NCBI GenBank assembly: GCA_037447605.1
Contig: CM074815.1
Location: forward strand, 868,001 to 932,000
Source of the DNA: Zygnema circumcarinatum SAG 698-1b
Taxonomy: Eukaryota; Plantae; Zygnematophyceae
Reading direction: 5' to 3'
DNA length: 64,000 nucleotides
Positions within the stretch are counted from its first letter, which is position 1. The number at the start of each line of letters is the position of its first letter. The translations under genes were made by a program, and so were the position numbers. This document shows positions 22,501-35,699 of this stretch, piece by piece. The notes under the pieces are model-generated. The model was not told where the DNA came from. It saw nothing but the letters and a program-made list of their open reading frames with translations, and ran no database searches.

Positions 22501-25500
22501 AGAAGTGGATAGCCTGGCTGGCCTGTAGGTGGGCCACTTGTAGAATGGGTCACCATCAGCGAGTGCCAAGAAAGTCATCGTTGTTAAAAAAACCTTGTGG
22601 AAGAAGTGGAAATGTGAGCAAGTTGCGAGACACGTAGATGCTGTGAGTTTCCATAGGGCCTCGGCTGACAATTTGCAGTTTTAAATAAACTCCAAATCTT
22701 TAGTAAACAAAGATTTATGTTCATGGAGAGTACAGGCATCAAATTTCAGTGTTTATTCAAAAAAAAGTTAGATTGATGATTTTACAAGCTGTTTGTCCAC
22801 ACTCTTTTGCTTTTCAGCAGGCCTTTCGAATGCGTCATGGTCTATGATTTTTTCCATTTCCATTTTCTTGTAACTGCAGAGAATAGTGACTTGAAGTACG
22901 GTTTCATTTACTTGTCCTCAGAGCTCACTACATCTCTGACTTACCTCTATTTCGACCCCTTGTCCATAGTTCCGAGCTGCTGCTTCCTTCTCGAAGCTCC
23001 CTATGGCGAAGAAACTGAAACTGTTCTGAGTTTTGTGGTGCAGGTGAATCTAGCCACCATCGCTGGCAGTGGACCCCTAGGCCGAATTGTAGCAGCAGAT
23101 GTGGAGACTGCAGCAGGAAAAGCTCCGGCTGCTGCTCCCTCTGTGGCTGCCACTCCTCTGGTCACTCCTGCGGCACCTGCCACCCCCGCCAAGGCGGCTG
23201 CTCCTCCTCCTGCTGCCACAGTGGTACCTGGTACAACTGTGCCTTTCACGACCATGCAGGGTGCTGTGTCCCGCAATATGGAAGCCAGTTTAGCAGTGCC
23301 GACATTCCGTGTGGGCTACACCATCACAACGGATGCACTAGATGATCTCTACAAGAAGGTGAGAAGGATTTGGTTATGCCGACTTCCACTGCAGGTTTCA
23401 CTTTGGCCCTTGTGATTTTAGTTAATGAGAGTAGTGGGGTCCTCAAACGTGCTATCACTACCGAGGCTGTTTGCCTCGTTGGAGTTTTCAAGGAAAGTCC
23501 TTGCTTGTAATTTGAAAGGTGCCTATTCTCCTCGGCTTTGCTATTTCATTTATTCACTTGCTGCATTGGCAGACATGAACCCTTAAGCCTTTGTGTCCAA
23601 CGATTTCCCCGCACTTGTACACAATGTCAGTACTAGACTGTAGTCAGTATTCATGATGTCAGTGACGAGTCTCACCTTTCTCTTGCTTACTGAAGTTGTG
23701 AACAGTTTCAGAATCTTCTTTTTTTTATTTTCTACATCACTGGATTTTCCGGACTCATAGTCCTTGGCTCTAAAGGAGCACTGATCGACAAGTTCGTGTG
23801 TACGCGCCCTCCCTCTTCCCACCCGACTGACGCTTTGCCGAAAGATGCTTGACATGTCTGGATGTTTTTCTTGAATGTTTGTGCAGATTAAGTCGAAGGG
23901 AGTCACCATGACCGCATTGCTCGCGAAGGCAGTGGCAAATGCATTGGCAAAGCACCCAATTGTGAATGCAGCCTGCAAGGATGGCAAGAGCTTCACTTAC
24001 AACAGCAGTGTTAATGTGGCTGTTGCTGTCGCCATCGATGGTGGCCTCATCACCCCCGTGCTTCAAAATGCAGACAAGGTGAGAACTTTCTGTCTCAACA
24101 ACATGAATCTCGATAATATACCTGTAAGCCATTTGTAGCACCGTGATGGCTATCTGTGAATAAACAACACCCTGACTAGGGTGTTTGACTGCATGTTCAG
24201 ATGTTGGCCTGTATCTTAGTTTTTTGAGAATTCATAGTGTTAGTGCCATACCATCCATTCCTCCCATTTACCTCGTCTCAAGTCCATCCAGCTCACCTGT
24301 CCCGTTTCTCCCAGCTGTTCCGCCCACACATTCATTTACATTTCTATCAAAGACAGGGGGCAGTAAAACCTGGAGGCAGTGTTGATGGTCATTCCAAGGC
24401 TGCTCTATTTCCGTCATTCTCATGTTTGATAGCCTGTCATGTGTCTGTCCGTTACGGTCTTCTTGTCTACTTGTTGCTCTTCCAGTGGTTTCAGTGGCTT
24501 TCCAATCGTGCCTTTGGTAGCTTGTATTCTCCATAACAGGAAGAGTAGAGTAGTACCAGTCACTATACAGTGTTAAATTGCCTACTTTGGCACTCATCTG
24601 GTTCTTGGCAACCCATGCCTGTGCCCATGCAGACGGACATCTACAGTCTGTCGAGGCAATGGAAGGAGTTGGTGGACAAGGCACGAGCCAAGCAGTTAGC
24701 ACCACAGGAATACAACTCAGGTAAGTCAAACTTATGATTGCTTCGGGCTTGCGATTTGGTATCATGGGATGCCGGCTTATCAAGATGACACTTGGACCTC
24801 TGCGTGGTAATTTTTCTATTAAGCAAAGAGCAAATGAAAGGTGATGGCCTGTGGTCACACTGGGATCGGTAATTGGTTGTGGCTGTGATCAATCTAAGTT
24901 TTGAGGTTATACCCATCGTCAATCCTGCTGCAGGATAGGTTGAATCATTTTTTTGGGAGCTGCTCATAGCTATATTATTCCAACTGAAACTTATTATTTC
25001 CTAACTTCTGTCCACAGTGAAGAAGTCCACAGTCCACAGTGTCCACATTGTCTGCTAATGTAGCGTTTGGGATAAGGACACTCTTTCTTGCTAGCAGCTC
25101 CCTGATCATACCTCAGGTTCGGAATTATGACAGTTGAGTTCAGTTTCAATTGAGGTGGAGGAAACTGTGCAGTACAGGGGCCCTATAGATCAGTCCGCAG
25201 CTTTGTTAAGAACTGGGGATGAAGTGCTTAAGTCTTTAGACGAATTGAATTATGTAAATGCAAAGGTCAGTCTTTTCACTGGAGGCAGATTTGAGGCTTG
25301 TACTCATGTCAGATCGAGTAATGCAGGTACATTCACCCTTTCCAATTTGGGCATGTTTGGAGTGGACCGATTCGATGCCATCTTACCGCCTGGAACAGTA
25401 TGTGCACCTCTCCTCCATCGCCTCTGTATTACGACCTTTTTCGGTCTCTTGCACTTAATTTGCCATATCTCTCACGTTTGCGGGGTATAGTGCTAAGCAA

Positions 25501-26249
25501 ATAGTTGAAAATCCTAAGTAAGCATCCTGAATTGCTCCAAACTGTTGCTAAAATCTCTATTTATTAGCACGAGTCTCAATGTAGTTCAACCGTATAAATA
25601 CATACTTCTGCGCTGTGACAGAATAATTTGTTCAGTTTGCTCGCATGTACCGCATTTGATCCGGCCCTCACAATGAGCAGGTCAATTTGCTTAGACGTGG
25701 CTTGCATGATGCCCATAATCGTGAAGGACTCGTCCAAGCCGTATTCCTGCAATATCGATACCATGCATGTTGATTGAGTGGTGTATGTATCGTGGTTGCG
25801 TTGACTTTGATGCAGGGCGCCATTATGGCTGTGGGAGCATCTCGGCCGACGGTTATCGCTACAGCAGACGGCCTCTTTGGAGTCAAGCGTCAGATGCAGG
25901 TGAGGCAATCCTCCATTCAAACTGTCTTCTGCATCTCCGTTTAGTGCTACGGACAAGGTCCCTCCATTGCTGAGTCTTTTACGATGTCTGATCACCACGT
26001 TGGTACATTAAAGTCCAGAGGGCCATTCGACGAGTCTTGTAACCCCCTCTCCAACCTCCGTAAGGGCTTTGAAGGTCCTCTGTTCCCCACTCCTCCGTAG
26101 TCGTCAATTTAGGTGCAATGTTTAACAGAATTCTCCCGCTTCAGGTGAATGTGACAGCTGACCACCGCATCATCTATGGCGCCGACCTCGCTTCCTTCCT
26201 TCAGACGCTGGCGGAGATCATCGAGAACCCTGCAGACTTGACAATGTAG
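19574..26249 (+). CDS. LTA2: Plastid pyruvate dehydrogenase E2 (dihydrolipoamide acetyltransferase), multi-exon
   Basis: Transit-peptide-like start; IREIFMPALSSTMTEGKIVSW; lipoyl motif VESDKADMDVE; E3-binding IVATPYAKKLAK; catalytic region GTFTLSNLGMFGVDRFDAILPPG and VTADHRIIYGAD; ends ENPADLTM*. Confidence 0.95.
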
Positions 26250-27193
26250 AGTACCGCTAGACTTGCAGCTAGAAAAACTATAGGAGCAGAGATTCGACAA
26301 ACGGGATGATCATATCGATGGTGATGTGGTCATGGCAGTGAAGCTTTATAGCAGACCCAGGGCATCATGTAACGATGTCAATAGGGTTTTTTGCCGAGAA
26401 TGGGAGGAGATCGCGAACGCTCCTCTCTTGCTTTCTACTCCAGTCATATAGTTCCATAGAAAAAGCAACAATTAGGGCTGCTTAATATATTCGAGCGGGA
26501 GTGCTAGGTGGGTTGGCCATGAGAAGTAACAGTTCGGGGTTCTGTACATCATGGTTCAACACAAAGCGCGGCCATGATGCATGTGACGAAAGCCTTTCCT
26601 TGCCTGCTTGAGGCGCGCACAGTGGACGTTTGTCTGTGTCTGTGTGTGGGATGTCTTCTATTTATCGGGTTGAAAAAGCAACTTCACTATCCTTCAGTGG
26701 AGGACGGACGCTTCATGAGCTGGGGAGCTAGGGGACTGGAAGGTGAATATTATTAATAAAGAATGTTTTGTGTAAGAAGACGAACGAAGGCAGAAGTGCT
26801 TGTGAAGTCCTGTTTGTCATTTTTTTTTTTTTTTTTTTTTGTTTTGTGAAGTACTCCACGTTACGATTGAAGAATGTGATGGAACATTGACTTCTCTTTC
26901 CTTTGAAATCGAGTAGTCCACGACCATGACGCGTTAGCCGTGGAATTAAACACATGTCAAGAACTTGTTCATTTTGAATGTGGAGTACAAATAATGAGAC
27001 AACATAAAGCAGGACTAAAACCTGGAGAATTGGCAGCTTAACTTTGGAACTGAAACTGGAAATGAAACTGGAGCTGAAGCGAGAAATTTGAGAAATCTCG
27101 TGCAGTGGCGGCCAACTGGCTGGTACGCATGTGAAGGCTGCTTCTTTTCCTGATGGTTTCAAGGTCTGGGGGAGGAGCTGGCCCGCGGAAACC

Positions 27194-28654
27194 ATGGCGG
27201 CAGCGATGGGCCGTGGGCCTTCCTCCCTCCCTCCCCCTCTCTCCCACTACGAGGCTCTGGGCGTGTCTCGAGACGCGCCTTTGGAGGCTATTCGGCGGCA
27301 CTACCTCCGTGCCGCCCTTCTGCTGCACCCCGACAAGCGCGTCTCTCCCTCTTCCTCCCTCTCTCCCATTGACTTGCACACACCCGTCTGCTCAGCGACT
27401 TCTCCCTGCTGCGAGAGCCGTGGAGGTGGGAATTCTTTGTCTGAAGGGCTCCGCTGCGGCACTGCGAATGGCATTCCTGAAGAGGGCGAGGAATTGAGAG
27501 GTAGTGCCACTTGTCAGCAGGAGAGCGCCTCTGCAGAAGGACATTTTCTACAAGTGCAAGAGGCTTGGGCAGTCCTACGAGACCCCGCCTCTCGGGCTTT
27601 GTACGATCGCCAGCTGGCAGGTGGGTTGGAATCCCTTAAATTGATGGACGCACACACCTGTCTTGTTATATGCTGTTACTTTTATGCCGGTTTGTATTTG
27701 TGGATGTTTTTCATTTCCTGTATGAAGATTTTAGGGTTCTTTGGTGTGAGACGGACTTGATTGGATAGAGGATATATGTGTGTGAGAGAGAGGGGGGGGG
27801 GAGGGGAGGGGAGGGGAGGGAGAGAGAGAGAAGAGAGAGAGAGAAGAGAGAAGAGAGAGGGAGAGATAGAGAGAGAGATTGAGGGAGATGGAGGGAGAGA
27901 AAAATCTCAAGACGAGCCTCTTTTCGGGCCTCTTTTTTTTTTCTTTTCTATTTGCATCCATTACAACTACATTTTGAATTGGTCCTTTCAATTCTATGCG
28001 TTGAATGTGTCCGGTATTGTCAAAGTGGTGTTTTATAGCCCGGTTGACACTTCGAGGTTAAGAACATTTTATGCTTGGATGCTGGTACAAATAGTCGTAT
28101 TGAATTGACAAGAGTAGAAATGAGTTCACTTTCTGACTCCAGTATCCGTATGTCTTAGAGTATCTTACTACACGTAAATTGAAAACTATCTATTTCACCA
28201 GCAACTTAGCATTATCTAATTCACTAGCACCGTTGCAATTATCTGCTTCACTAGCAACTTTCCATTCATTTAAAATTCACCAGCCACTCTGCAAAGCCAT
28301 GAGCATGTCTTTTGACCCTCCATTCCATATCTATGCGCTGCAGCTTTGGAAAGCCAAGCTTGCTCTACAGCAAATATCCCTGTCTGGGACGAGATATCGC
28401 TGCTTGAAATGGAGCGCGAGGAGGAGAGCGGCACCTTCATATATGTCTGCCGATGCAGTGACTGCTTCGAAGTCACAAAAGAAGATGTGCAGGAAGCGTT
28501 GATTTTTGGGGGCTCGGATGGCTCATTAGGGCAAAAGCATGCTGGTTCCATGGCCAGGCAATGCGCCAGTGCAGTGATTTCCCCCACCATTATCGTTCCC
28601 TGTAATTCATGTTCCTTACACATACGCGTCTCGATTTCGCTTGATGGTGATTGA
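27194..28654 (+). CDS. DPH4: DPH4-like DnaJ protein (J domain plus CSL zinc finger); exons 27194-27620 and 28344-28654
   Basis: HYEALGV...LLHPDK...FLQVQEAWAVLRDP..RALYD, then YVCRCSD and VPCNSCSL; the phase-1 GT-AG intron is in frame. Confidence 0.85.
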
Positions 28655-28996
28655 TCCAATAAATCTGTTTCCTTCTGTTTTCATGACTCGCCTGGATTCA
28701 ATTTTGTCTGAGCACGTTGGTTATGTAAAAACAGAAGTTACCCCATCCTTTTCTTTCAGATCCAAATGGCTTTTTCAACATTGGTCAAAGTAGAAGTCAC
28801 CCTTGGAATCACATATGTTGGAATCTGCTCATGCCATGTAATGATTTCAGAAGATGTTTGGCGGTCAGCTCAGACAACATTGGACAGCGGAGACTCAAAT
28901 TCGAGCAATTTTTAATCGGACTTTTCCATTGTGATGTTGTTGGGTCCATGTCAAAACTTAAATGCATTTCAGAAAACCCCTAAGCGGCAAACTCTT

Positions 28997-29487
28997 TCAA
29001 TTCAAACCAAGTTGAAGAGGAGGAAGTGGCATTAATCTCACGATGAAGTTGAAGGCGTTCTTTGTAAGCAGTCATTACTGATGCCAACATTTCAGAAAAA
29101 AGGAAAGGGGGAATGAAAACCGAATAGACTGATCAACATCCCATCCTCCATCATCTCGAAAAGCGGAGGAGCTTTGGCACATGCTTACGGTAGAAAGATC
29201 CGCCGGCACAATAATCGACAATACTGACTCGTATCGAGCTTCTTCGGCTGCAAGACAAGCCCGCTCCCTCCTCAGGGCCTCAAATCTCTCATAGAAATCT
29301 TTATACAGTGGTGAGAGAATTGTAATACAGCAAGCACTCAAAGCGTATTTATCGACGACAGTTTGTTGATGCTTTCGGCATACAACCAAAAACACTCAGG
29401 AAAAACGTGCACTCGAGGGAGAGGGAGCGAAGGGGGAGAGGGAGTCAGAAAGACAGGATACGTACCAGCCGCCGGAACACGCCACAT
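28997..29487 (-). CDS. Candidate small spliced ORF (~64 aa), unknown function
   Basis: ATG exon 29487-29466 (donor GTACGT) joins in phase to exon 29298-29189 (acceptor AAG, donor GTAAGC); possible last exon 29059-28997. No homology recognised. Confidence 0.35.
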
Positions 29488-29568
29488 TTACCTTTTTAAT
29501 TAGATTGTCGAAGCAAAGTAGTACTCTTTTCCCTCCTGCAACGAAGAGCGCTTTGTGGCTCTGCAGCC

Positions 29569-32097
29569 ATGGCCGCTGCAACAGCCATATCTTCCATAAC
29601 AGGAACTTCCTGTATCCGCCACCATTTTCAGAGTAGAGAACAATTCCTTTACATAGCGCCTTGTAGTAATTATTTTCACCAATCTGGATTCCCTCATCTG
29701 CAGCTTCACTCCTTAACGTGTCTCAATTTTCATCCCAGCACGCAGGGAGGGGGTTTTGGAAAGAGGAAATATATCAGGAAAATAGCTATTCTGGCTGAAT
29801 TAAGAAAAGGATCCACTCGAAACCTTACAGAGCTGTGTAACACGCTGAAAAGCTCGTTTTTTGAGGTAAATTTGATGCCGTATCTGAATGCATGGGTAAA
29901 TATATTCTTCTTAAGGGAGCGTGTTTGTAATTTTCCTACATTGCACCTTATGAAAAACTTGGAGTACCTTCATTCTTTTGGGATAGCGGAACTGTATGTA
30001 TGTGCATTGGTGTCAAGTCGGCAGAAGAATGTTCTTTTTAAGATCTCTGCAAGAAATGTTACTTAACTTCTTCCCTCGACAACTTCCCTTCGCTTCCATC
30101 CATTCTCCTTCACTTCGCACTTGATCCCAAACTTGCCATATCATTGTGTCTGTATTCATTCACACTTGGAAACAGCCAATGTTCTTAGCTTTAGAATTGG
30201 TTTACGTGTGTTGACCTCGTGTGCAATTTGGAATCTGTCAGCTGTGTGTGCAGAATGCCGGCAGACCTGCTGCAGCTGCGCTGCGTGACTTTGTGGGAGC
30301 TGCAACGGAAGCTTTTCTTTCGGGAAACGCCCGAGAGAGACTCTCCTTAGAACTGGCAGTAAGCACTTTTCCGGAATCCGCAACAGTGTGAAGCCCTTGC
30401 TGTTTAAAACTCTTGAACGCCCTTGAATGCCTTGTAATGCTTATGTCAAGTGATCCTGGGCATCAATGTTGACAAGGTTGATGATGCATCTTCATTGCTC
30501 GAAGGGCAGTATGGTGGTGGCAGTGCCTCGGAGTTTCGGTTGGATGCTGCCGGCTATCGACTGACCGCTGCAGAGGAGCGCTACTGCTGCCAGTGGTTGG
30601 ATGCAGTAGGTGACAGTAGGTTTACAGTTTGATGCCACATTTTTTTGGTTAGTTGGTGAGAGCGATCAGGTTGGCCAAGTCAAATTTGATAGGTCCTTTT
30701 ATACGCTACAAATACTGTCTGATAGTGCTCATAAGTTCCGTCTGATTCCAAATTGTAGTGTATGGTTTCAAACTCTGGAGCTCATGAGTGTCAGTTTTTC
30801 AATTCTTTGCAATTGCTGCGCTCTATTTCTTCTAGTATTGACGTGGTTATTTGCCGTTTGTCTACTGACAGGTTTATCTCACATTGCAGTCAATGCAAAT
30901 TCGTGATAATGAAGCATCAAGGAGCTTCATCTCTGACGACAAGTGGCTTCTGAGCATCGTCCAAGTGAGGCTCGTGCAGTTGCTGGACCGTGTTAGCAAG
31001 TCAGGCTTTAAAAACGAGGCAGGAAACATCTGCGACTTTACCGACTTGTGTCATCATCTTTGTGTCTTGGAGATCCCTAGAAAACAGTGAAATTTGAAAT
31101 TTGAATCCCAGCTCCAGTTAACTTTTTGTTGAGCCTGTTTTGCAAACCTGTGAAGCAACGATGCTTCATTTGTTCTTATTGACGGAATGTACTGACTGCC
31201 GAGATTCCCCCCACGAACTTTTTCTGGCAATAGGGCAGGAATGTGAGAGGTGGCTGCATAGGAAGAAGGCTAAAGGAGCCAAAAGCTGAGGTGGAAGGGT
31301 GAATGGGGGGGGGGGGTGGGGGGTCATAGAGAGTACTTGAAGGCCAGCGAACGCAAGAGGAGCAGGTGCGCTGCACCTTCTGCCCTTCAAACTTCCACCA
31401 GACTTTATATTCTACATACGAATTCCTGAAGTGTAGACTTTGGATGAAATTCAATCAATCACAAAACGACCTGCTTGGGTTTTTGATAGAAGTTTGCTTC
31501 AAAAGTTTGAGAGGTGTTCCATCTTTGTTTGTAAATAGCCGCTAGAGGATCAGGTAGACTAGCCCGATGTTTTCACTTGTCAGGTGAGGGCCTGCAGGCC
31601 TGTCTTGACGACTATGGCACTTTAATGTATGTGTACCTGTTCATATAGCTTTGTGGTTGTGAACGTATACTCTTGAGCAGTGGACGTAAACAAGGGCACT
31701 CGGGAGCAGAGGTGCAGAGTTCGGTGAAGTTTGACCGGGCGCTGGCGACAAATGGAGAGTCGGGAGGGGTTGCGGCTGAGAAGGTGGTAATCAGCCCTCA
31801 ATGGCTTCCTATCAGCCAGCTGATTCTGCTCACGGTGAAGGTCAGTCCATTCCCAGATGATATAGGACTCTTCAGGTTCTAGCAATCAGTTATTTCTCTC
31901 TCTTCCCCTTATCTGTCCGAGGGAGAGAGAGAGCGAGAGAGAGAGAGAAAGAGAGAGGGGGGGGGGAGAGAGTGGTATGGTAGCCTCAGGGTAGCACTGT
32001 TACGTCAGTTGATGGCTGATTTAGGTCAACTGAAAAGTTGTTTGCTCGCCTTTGGCTGCAGGTGGTCCAAGAGCTGCAGGACTCTGACGGAGCATAA
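29569..32097 (+). CDS. Uncharacterised multi-exon protein, probably plastid-targeted
   Basis: Ser/Ala-rich MAAATAISS start. Phase-0-compatible exons 29569-29865, 30242/30254-30358, 30477-30605, an exon from ~30871 (VYLTLQ) and a last exon 32062-32097 (VVQELQDSDGA*). Middle exons are uncertain. Confidence 0.6.
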
Positions 32098-32566
32098 GGG
32101 ATGAGTTAGGCTGCTCTGAACCCTTTTATGCTCCTCTCAGCTTCTAAGGAAACAGCTCGCACGTTCTGTGGCTTGGATGTAAGGCAGCTGAAGGAAATGT
32201 TGTCCACCGACTCAAGCTGCGTAGCCATGTAACAAGGCGTTGCTACAACAAATAAGATAACCAAATGTGTAGTATCTTAATACGGAGATTGTTCCCACTC
32301 AAGTTTAGCTCTTTAGGGTAATAGAACGAAAGAAATAGACGGAGGTATGGTAGGACGTGTAGGACTTGTGAAAGCTTCCCTATGCTGAACATGGCAGCGC
32401 AGCGGTGCAGGCCTCCATAGGGCAATAGTTTTTAAGTGACGTAATTTCCCAAGCCACGCCCCGCCACCCCCAATGCATAGCATCTCGAATATCGGACCCA
32501 TGCTTTCTTCTTCTTCTTGTTCAGTGAGGCGGCCGTTGGTTGCCTTGCCTGCTTACCTTCCAAAGC

Positions 32567-32648
32567 GGTTTGCGATCTGTGGTTTGCGGTTTGCAGTTTG
32601 CGGTTTGCAGTTTGTGGTTTGCAGTCTTTGGTTTGCAGTTTGCGGTTT
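32567..32648. repeat. Degenerate 7-bp tandem repeat (R-GTTTGY), about 12 units
   Basis: GGTTTGC/AGTTTGC/GGTTTGT units; homologous tract at ~35700-35795. Confidence 0.8.
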
Positions 32649-32958
32649 CATATGGCGTCAGCGACGTACTCCACTTTCCAAACTTGGCGACAGCTGGAAG
32701 ATATAATTAAATAACCGTAGCGCTATACCCCATTTGTACCCGAACTCCTCCCTCCGTGTCGTGTCTTGGCGTGTCTGCCACGGCATCCGTCCTCTGCGCG
32801 AGTGCTGTCCAGTGTCGATCAATCGGGATGCCACGTGTGACTATTGCACACGTGACGAGACGCCATTGGAAGATGGCTCCTATGCGTTTCGAATTCCTGA
32901 ACGGCAGCAGGGAGCCACAAGGAAGTCCACCTTCCAAAAAAATTGGAAAGAGGAAGAG

Positions 32959-33829
32959 ATGAGGAGAGAAGCAGCACCAGGTCGAAGGGCTTCTCTCTGC
33001 GTTTGTATTATATTGTGTTGTGTTGCTGGAAGCATGGCTGAACGCTTGATTCGCGAAGTATCAGGTATACTATCTCCTTGCTTCTTCCGGGTGAAGGTGG
33101 AATGCTTGAAACACAGAAAAGCAGTCTGATCAGCGATAATGAGAGCTGTGCAGGAAATTTATTTTCGGTGACAGGCCGGTGTTTGGTCATATTTTTGTGT
33201 GATGAAAATTTTGAGGTTGCAATTCTGGACTGAAGAATCTGAAGAATTCTTTCTGCAGGCTGAAAGTTTATGCCGCAGTTTCCTCTTTCTTAAAACCCAA
33301 TCAGAGTGAGTAGAGTCGAACTGGATTTGATTGAATGTAGTACGGAACACCTTCAGCGTGTCTTTGCCTTTATCGTACACACTTCGGTTATCATGGAGCC
33401 CTGCGTCTGCGCAGGTTATATTCAGGTGTTTCGTAGAATTTTTATCCTCCTCCCAGGCTTTGAACTAGGTGTTGACAGAAAATCAGACCGTCACAGAAAA
33501 GTGTATATGAAAATCAATACTCCTGGTATGTGAAGCAGGAAAACCTTTAGCAGTTGACGGTGCAGTTTCAAAAGCTTGGTGTTTGAGAATCTTGTATTGA
33601 CATGCTTTGTGCCCTTGCATTCTCAGACATGCAGAAGATGGAATGGCCCGAGTTAGTAGGAAGAGATGCAGAGGATGCCAAGCGCATCATACAGGCGGAA
33701 GCCCGTGAAATCGAGCATGTCCAGGTGGTGCCTAAGGGCCACCCCACAACCCGTGATTACAGATTGCAACGAGTTCGAATCTTTGTGGATGAGCGGAACA
33801 GAGTCCACAGCCCTCCAAGAGTCGGCTGA
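32959..33829 (+). CDS. Potato inhibitor I family serine-protease inhibitor, copy 1 (signal-peptide exon 32959-33064, exon 33627-33829)
   Basis: MRREAAPGRRASLCVCIILCCVAGS leader spliced in phase 1 to EWPELVG...PTTRDYRLQRVRIFVD...PRVG*. Confidence 0.85.
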
Positions 33830-35478
33830 CATGATCGGTCATATGACTCTCCCAACTGATCGGTGCGTAATGTTTTCAGAAAGGAAAGTTCCTGCATAAG
33901 GGAGCAATTAGCGGAGCAGCAGCAGCAGGGACGAAGCATTCGAGCTGACTGAAGGTTTCGGTTTGCACCGGGCGTTGAAAGTATTGGGATTGTTTGAAAC
34001 TGTCCCAGTCAGAATTTGTCATTTTTAGTTTTTTGTCTAAATGAGCGCATTGCCTCACATAGCGCTCATTGTCTGTTCATAAACAATGTTAAAGTTCTTA
34101 GTTTACAAAAAAAAGGGGGTTGACAGGGAAAGCTTGCGTATTTTGTCCGAGTGGGGTAGTCAATATGACTGAGTTGATGTCGTAAGGGGCTCATGATTTG
34201 CATAGCATTTGCATAGCAAAGGTAGAATTCTTTCAAAAGGTGAAGAAGGACAAATAGAACATCATGCCTAAACCTACCGCTTTTGATGTCTTGTTTTCTG
34301 GCCCGATATTACTGGCAAATGCAGTGGCGTTGGTTCCTCACAAAAGGAAATTCGACGTGCTGTTCGGAAACATTTCACACTCCATGAGCTTGTAGAATAG
34401 TCAATCACACTGACATTGCTTGTCCAAATACTTTTATATGAACATATTGACTAAGGCTACACAAACAATCGTGTGACCATGTTATGACATGTACTACTTC
34501 CTTTAAAGGGAAGAAACTAATGAAATACGTGAAAAAGTCTAGATCTATTGACGGGGAGAAAGATGATGTACGAACGAGATAAAAAGAAATGGTAATTTGT
34601 AACATGAGGCCCTTGTCTCCCTTTCTAGCTCTCTCTCTCTGCCTCTCGTGTGATGTTGGTTTCCAGCGAGCTCCAAGCGCTCACCAATGCCCCTGAACTC
34701 CCCCGTCAAACCCTTTACTGTACTAGCGTAAGGGATCGGGAGCAAGGCCAACCTCTGGCGAGACGCCACGTGGCATGGGGTCGGCTCTAACGCGCGTCAG
34801 AGGTTTGCCGCACGTCTACCGCCTGACGAGAGCTCGCAGTACAAATGTACAAAGCCGTACAGATCACACGGTCAGTCATACAGTACAGTACGGTGCACCG
34901 TACGACCGAAGGATGTCGACCATACGGTACAACCGTACGGTTGCTAAATGGTGCGCGGAGCACCATGGTGGGTAGTGTATATAGCTCGGTACTATACACC
35001 TTGAGGTTCGATACAATGTATAATACTGTATTAATGTTGGAAACTAGAGCCCGGTCTCTCTCACTAACCTCACTCTCATACATGCTTGTAATTCAGCAAG
35101 AGCACAGCCTGAGGGGCCGCCATGGGCAAGGGGAGTGTCCGTACCGAAACCTCGTACCGAAACCTCCTTCCTTCGCAGACCGAAGCTTCCGCGGCCCTTC
35201 GCGCCTCCAATAAGCCGTACTAAGCTAACTCGCAGCCGCGCGGCCTATCGCCGCGCGCCACGTGTCTAAACGTCACTTATCGATTCTAAGCGGACTCCAC
35301 TGGTGGCGCGGCCTATCGCCGCCCTCCATGTGTCCTGTTCAAACCTGTCATCTTCCCACTGAGAACAGCGCCCTAGCGTCCTGTTCAGAATATGACCGAA
35401 TCTTCTAAGGACCGCCGACAATAGCTAAGGACCGTAAAGTGTACTACGCTAGCCTATACCCCTATTGTACACTACACT

Positions 35479-35570
35479 CGTCCTCCTCCTCCTCGTCCTC
35501 GTCGTCTTCTCCTCGTCGTCGTCTCCTCCTCCTCGTCCTCGTCGTCTTCTCCTCGTCGTCGTCTCCTCCT
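35479..35570. repeat. TCC/TCG low-complexity tract with an internal ~42-bp duplication
   Basis: Directly visible tandem units. Confidence 0.75.
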
Positions 35571-35699
35571 CGTTTCCCCCTCGTTTCCTCAGCACTGGCC
35601 GAGCCCGTCCGCCCGCTCGCCCCCTTCGTGAGCCGCCGCCCGCGACCCGCAGCCCCGCTTTCGCGCACGACCTCCACTTTGCGCTTTCTGGTTCAAGAT

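Noticed and set aside
32734-32958. Long N-terminal extensions of inhibitor exon-1 ORFs (also 35946-36075)
   Set aside because: They start at non-ATG codons, cross the putative promoter G-boxes and are not conserved in frame between copies.
34598-35476. Possible solo LTR (TGTAAC...TACA), or an LTR starting at 35136 after a purine tract
   Set aside because: No matching TSD at any candidate end, and no second copy in the window.
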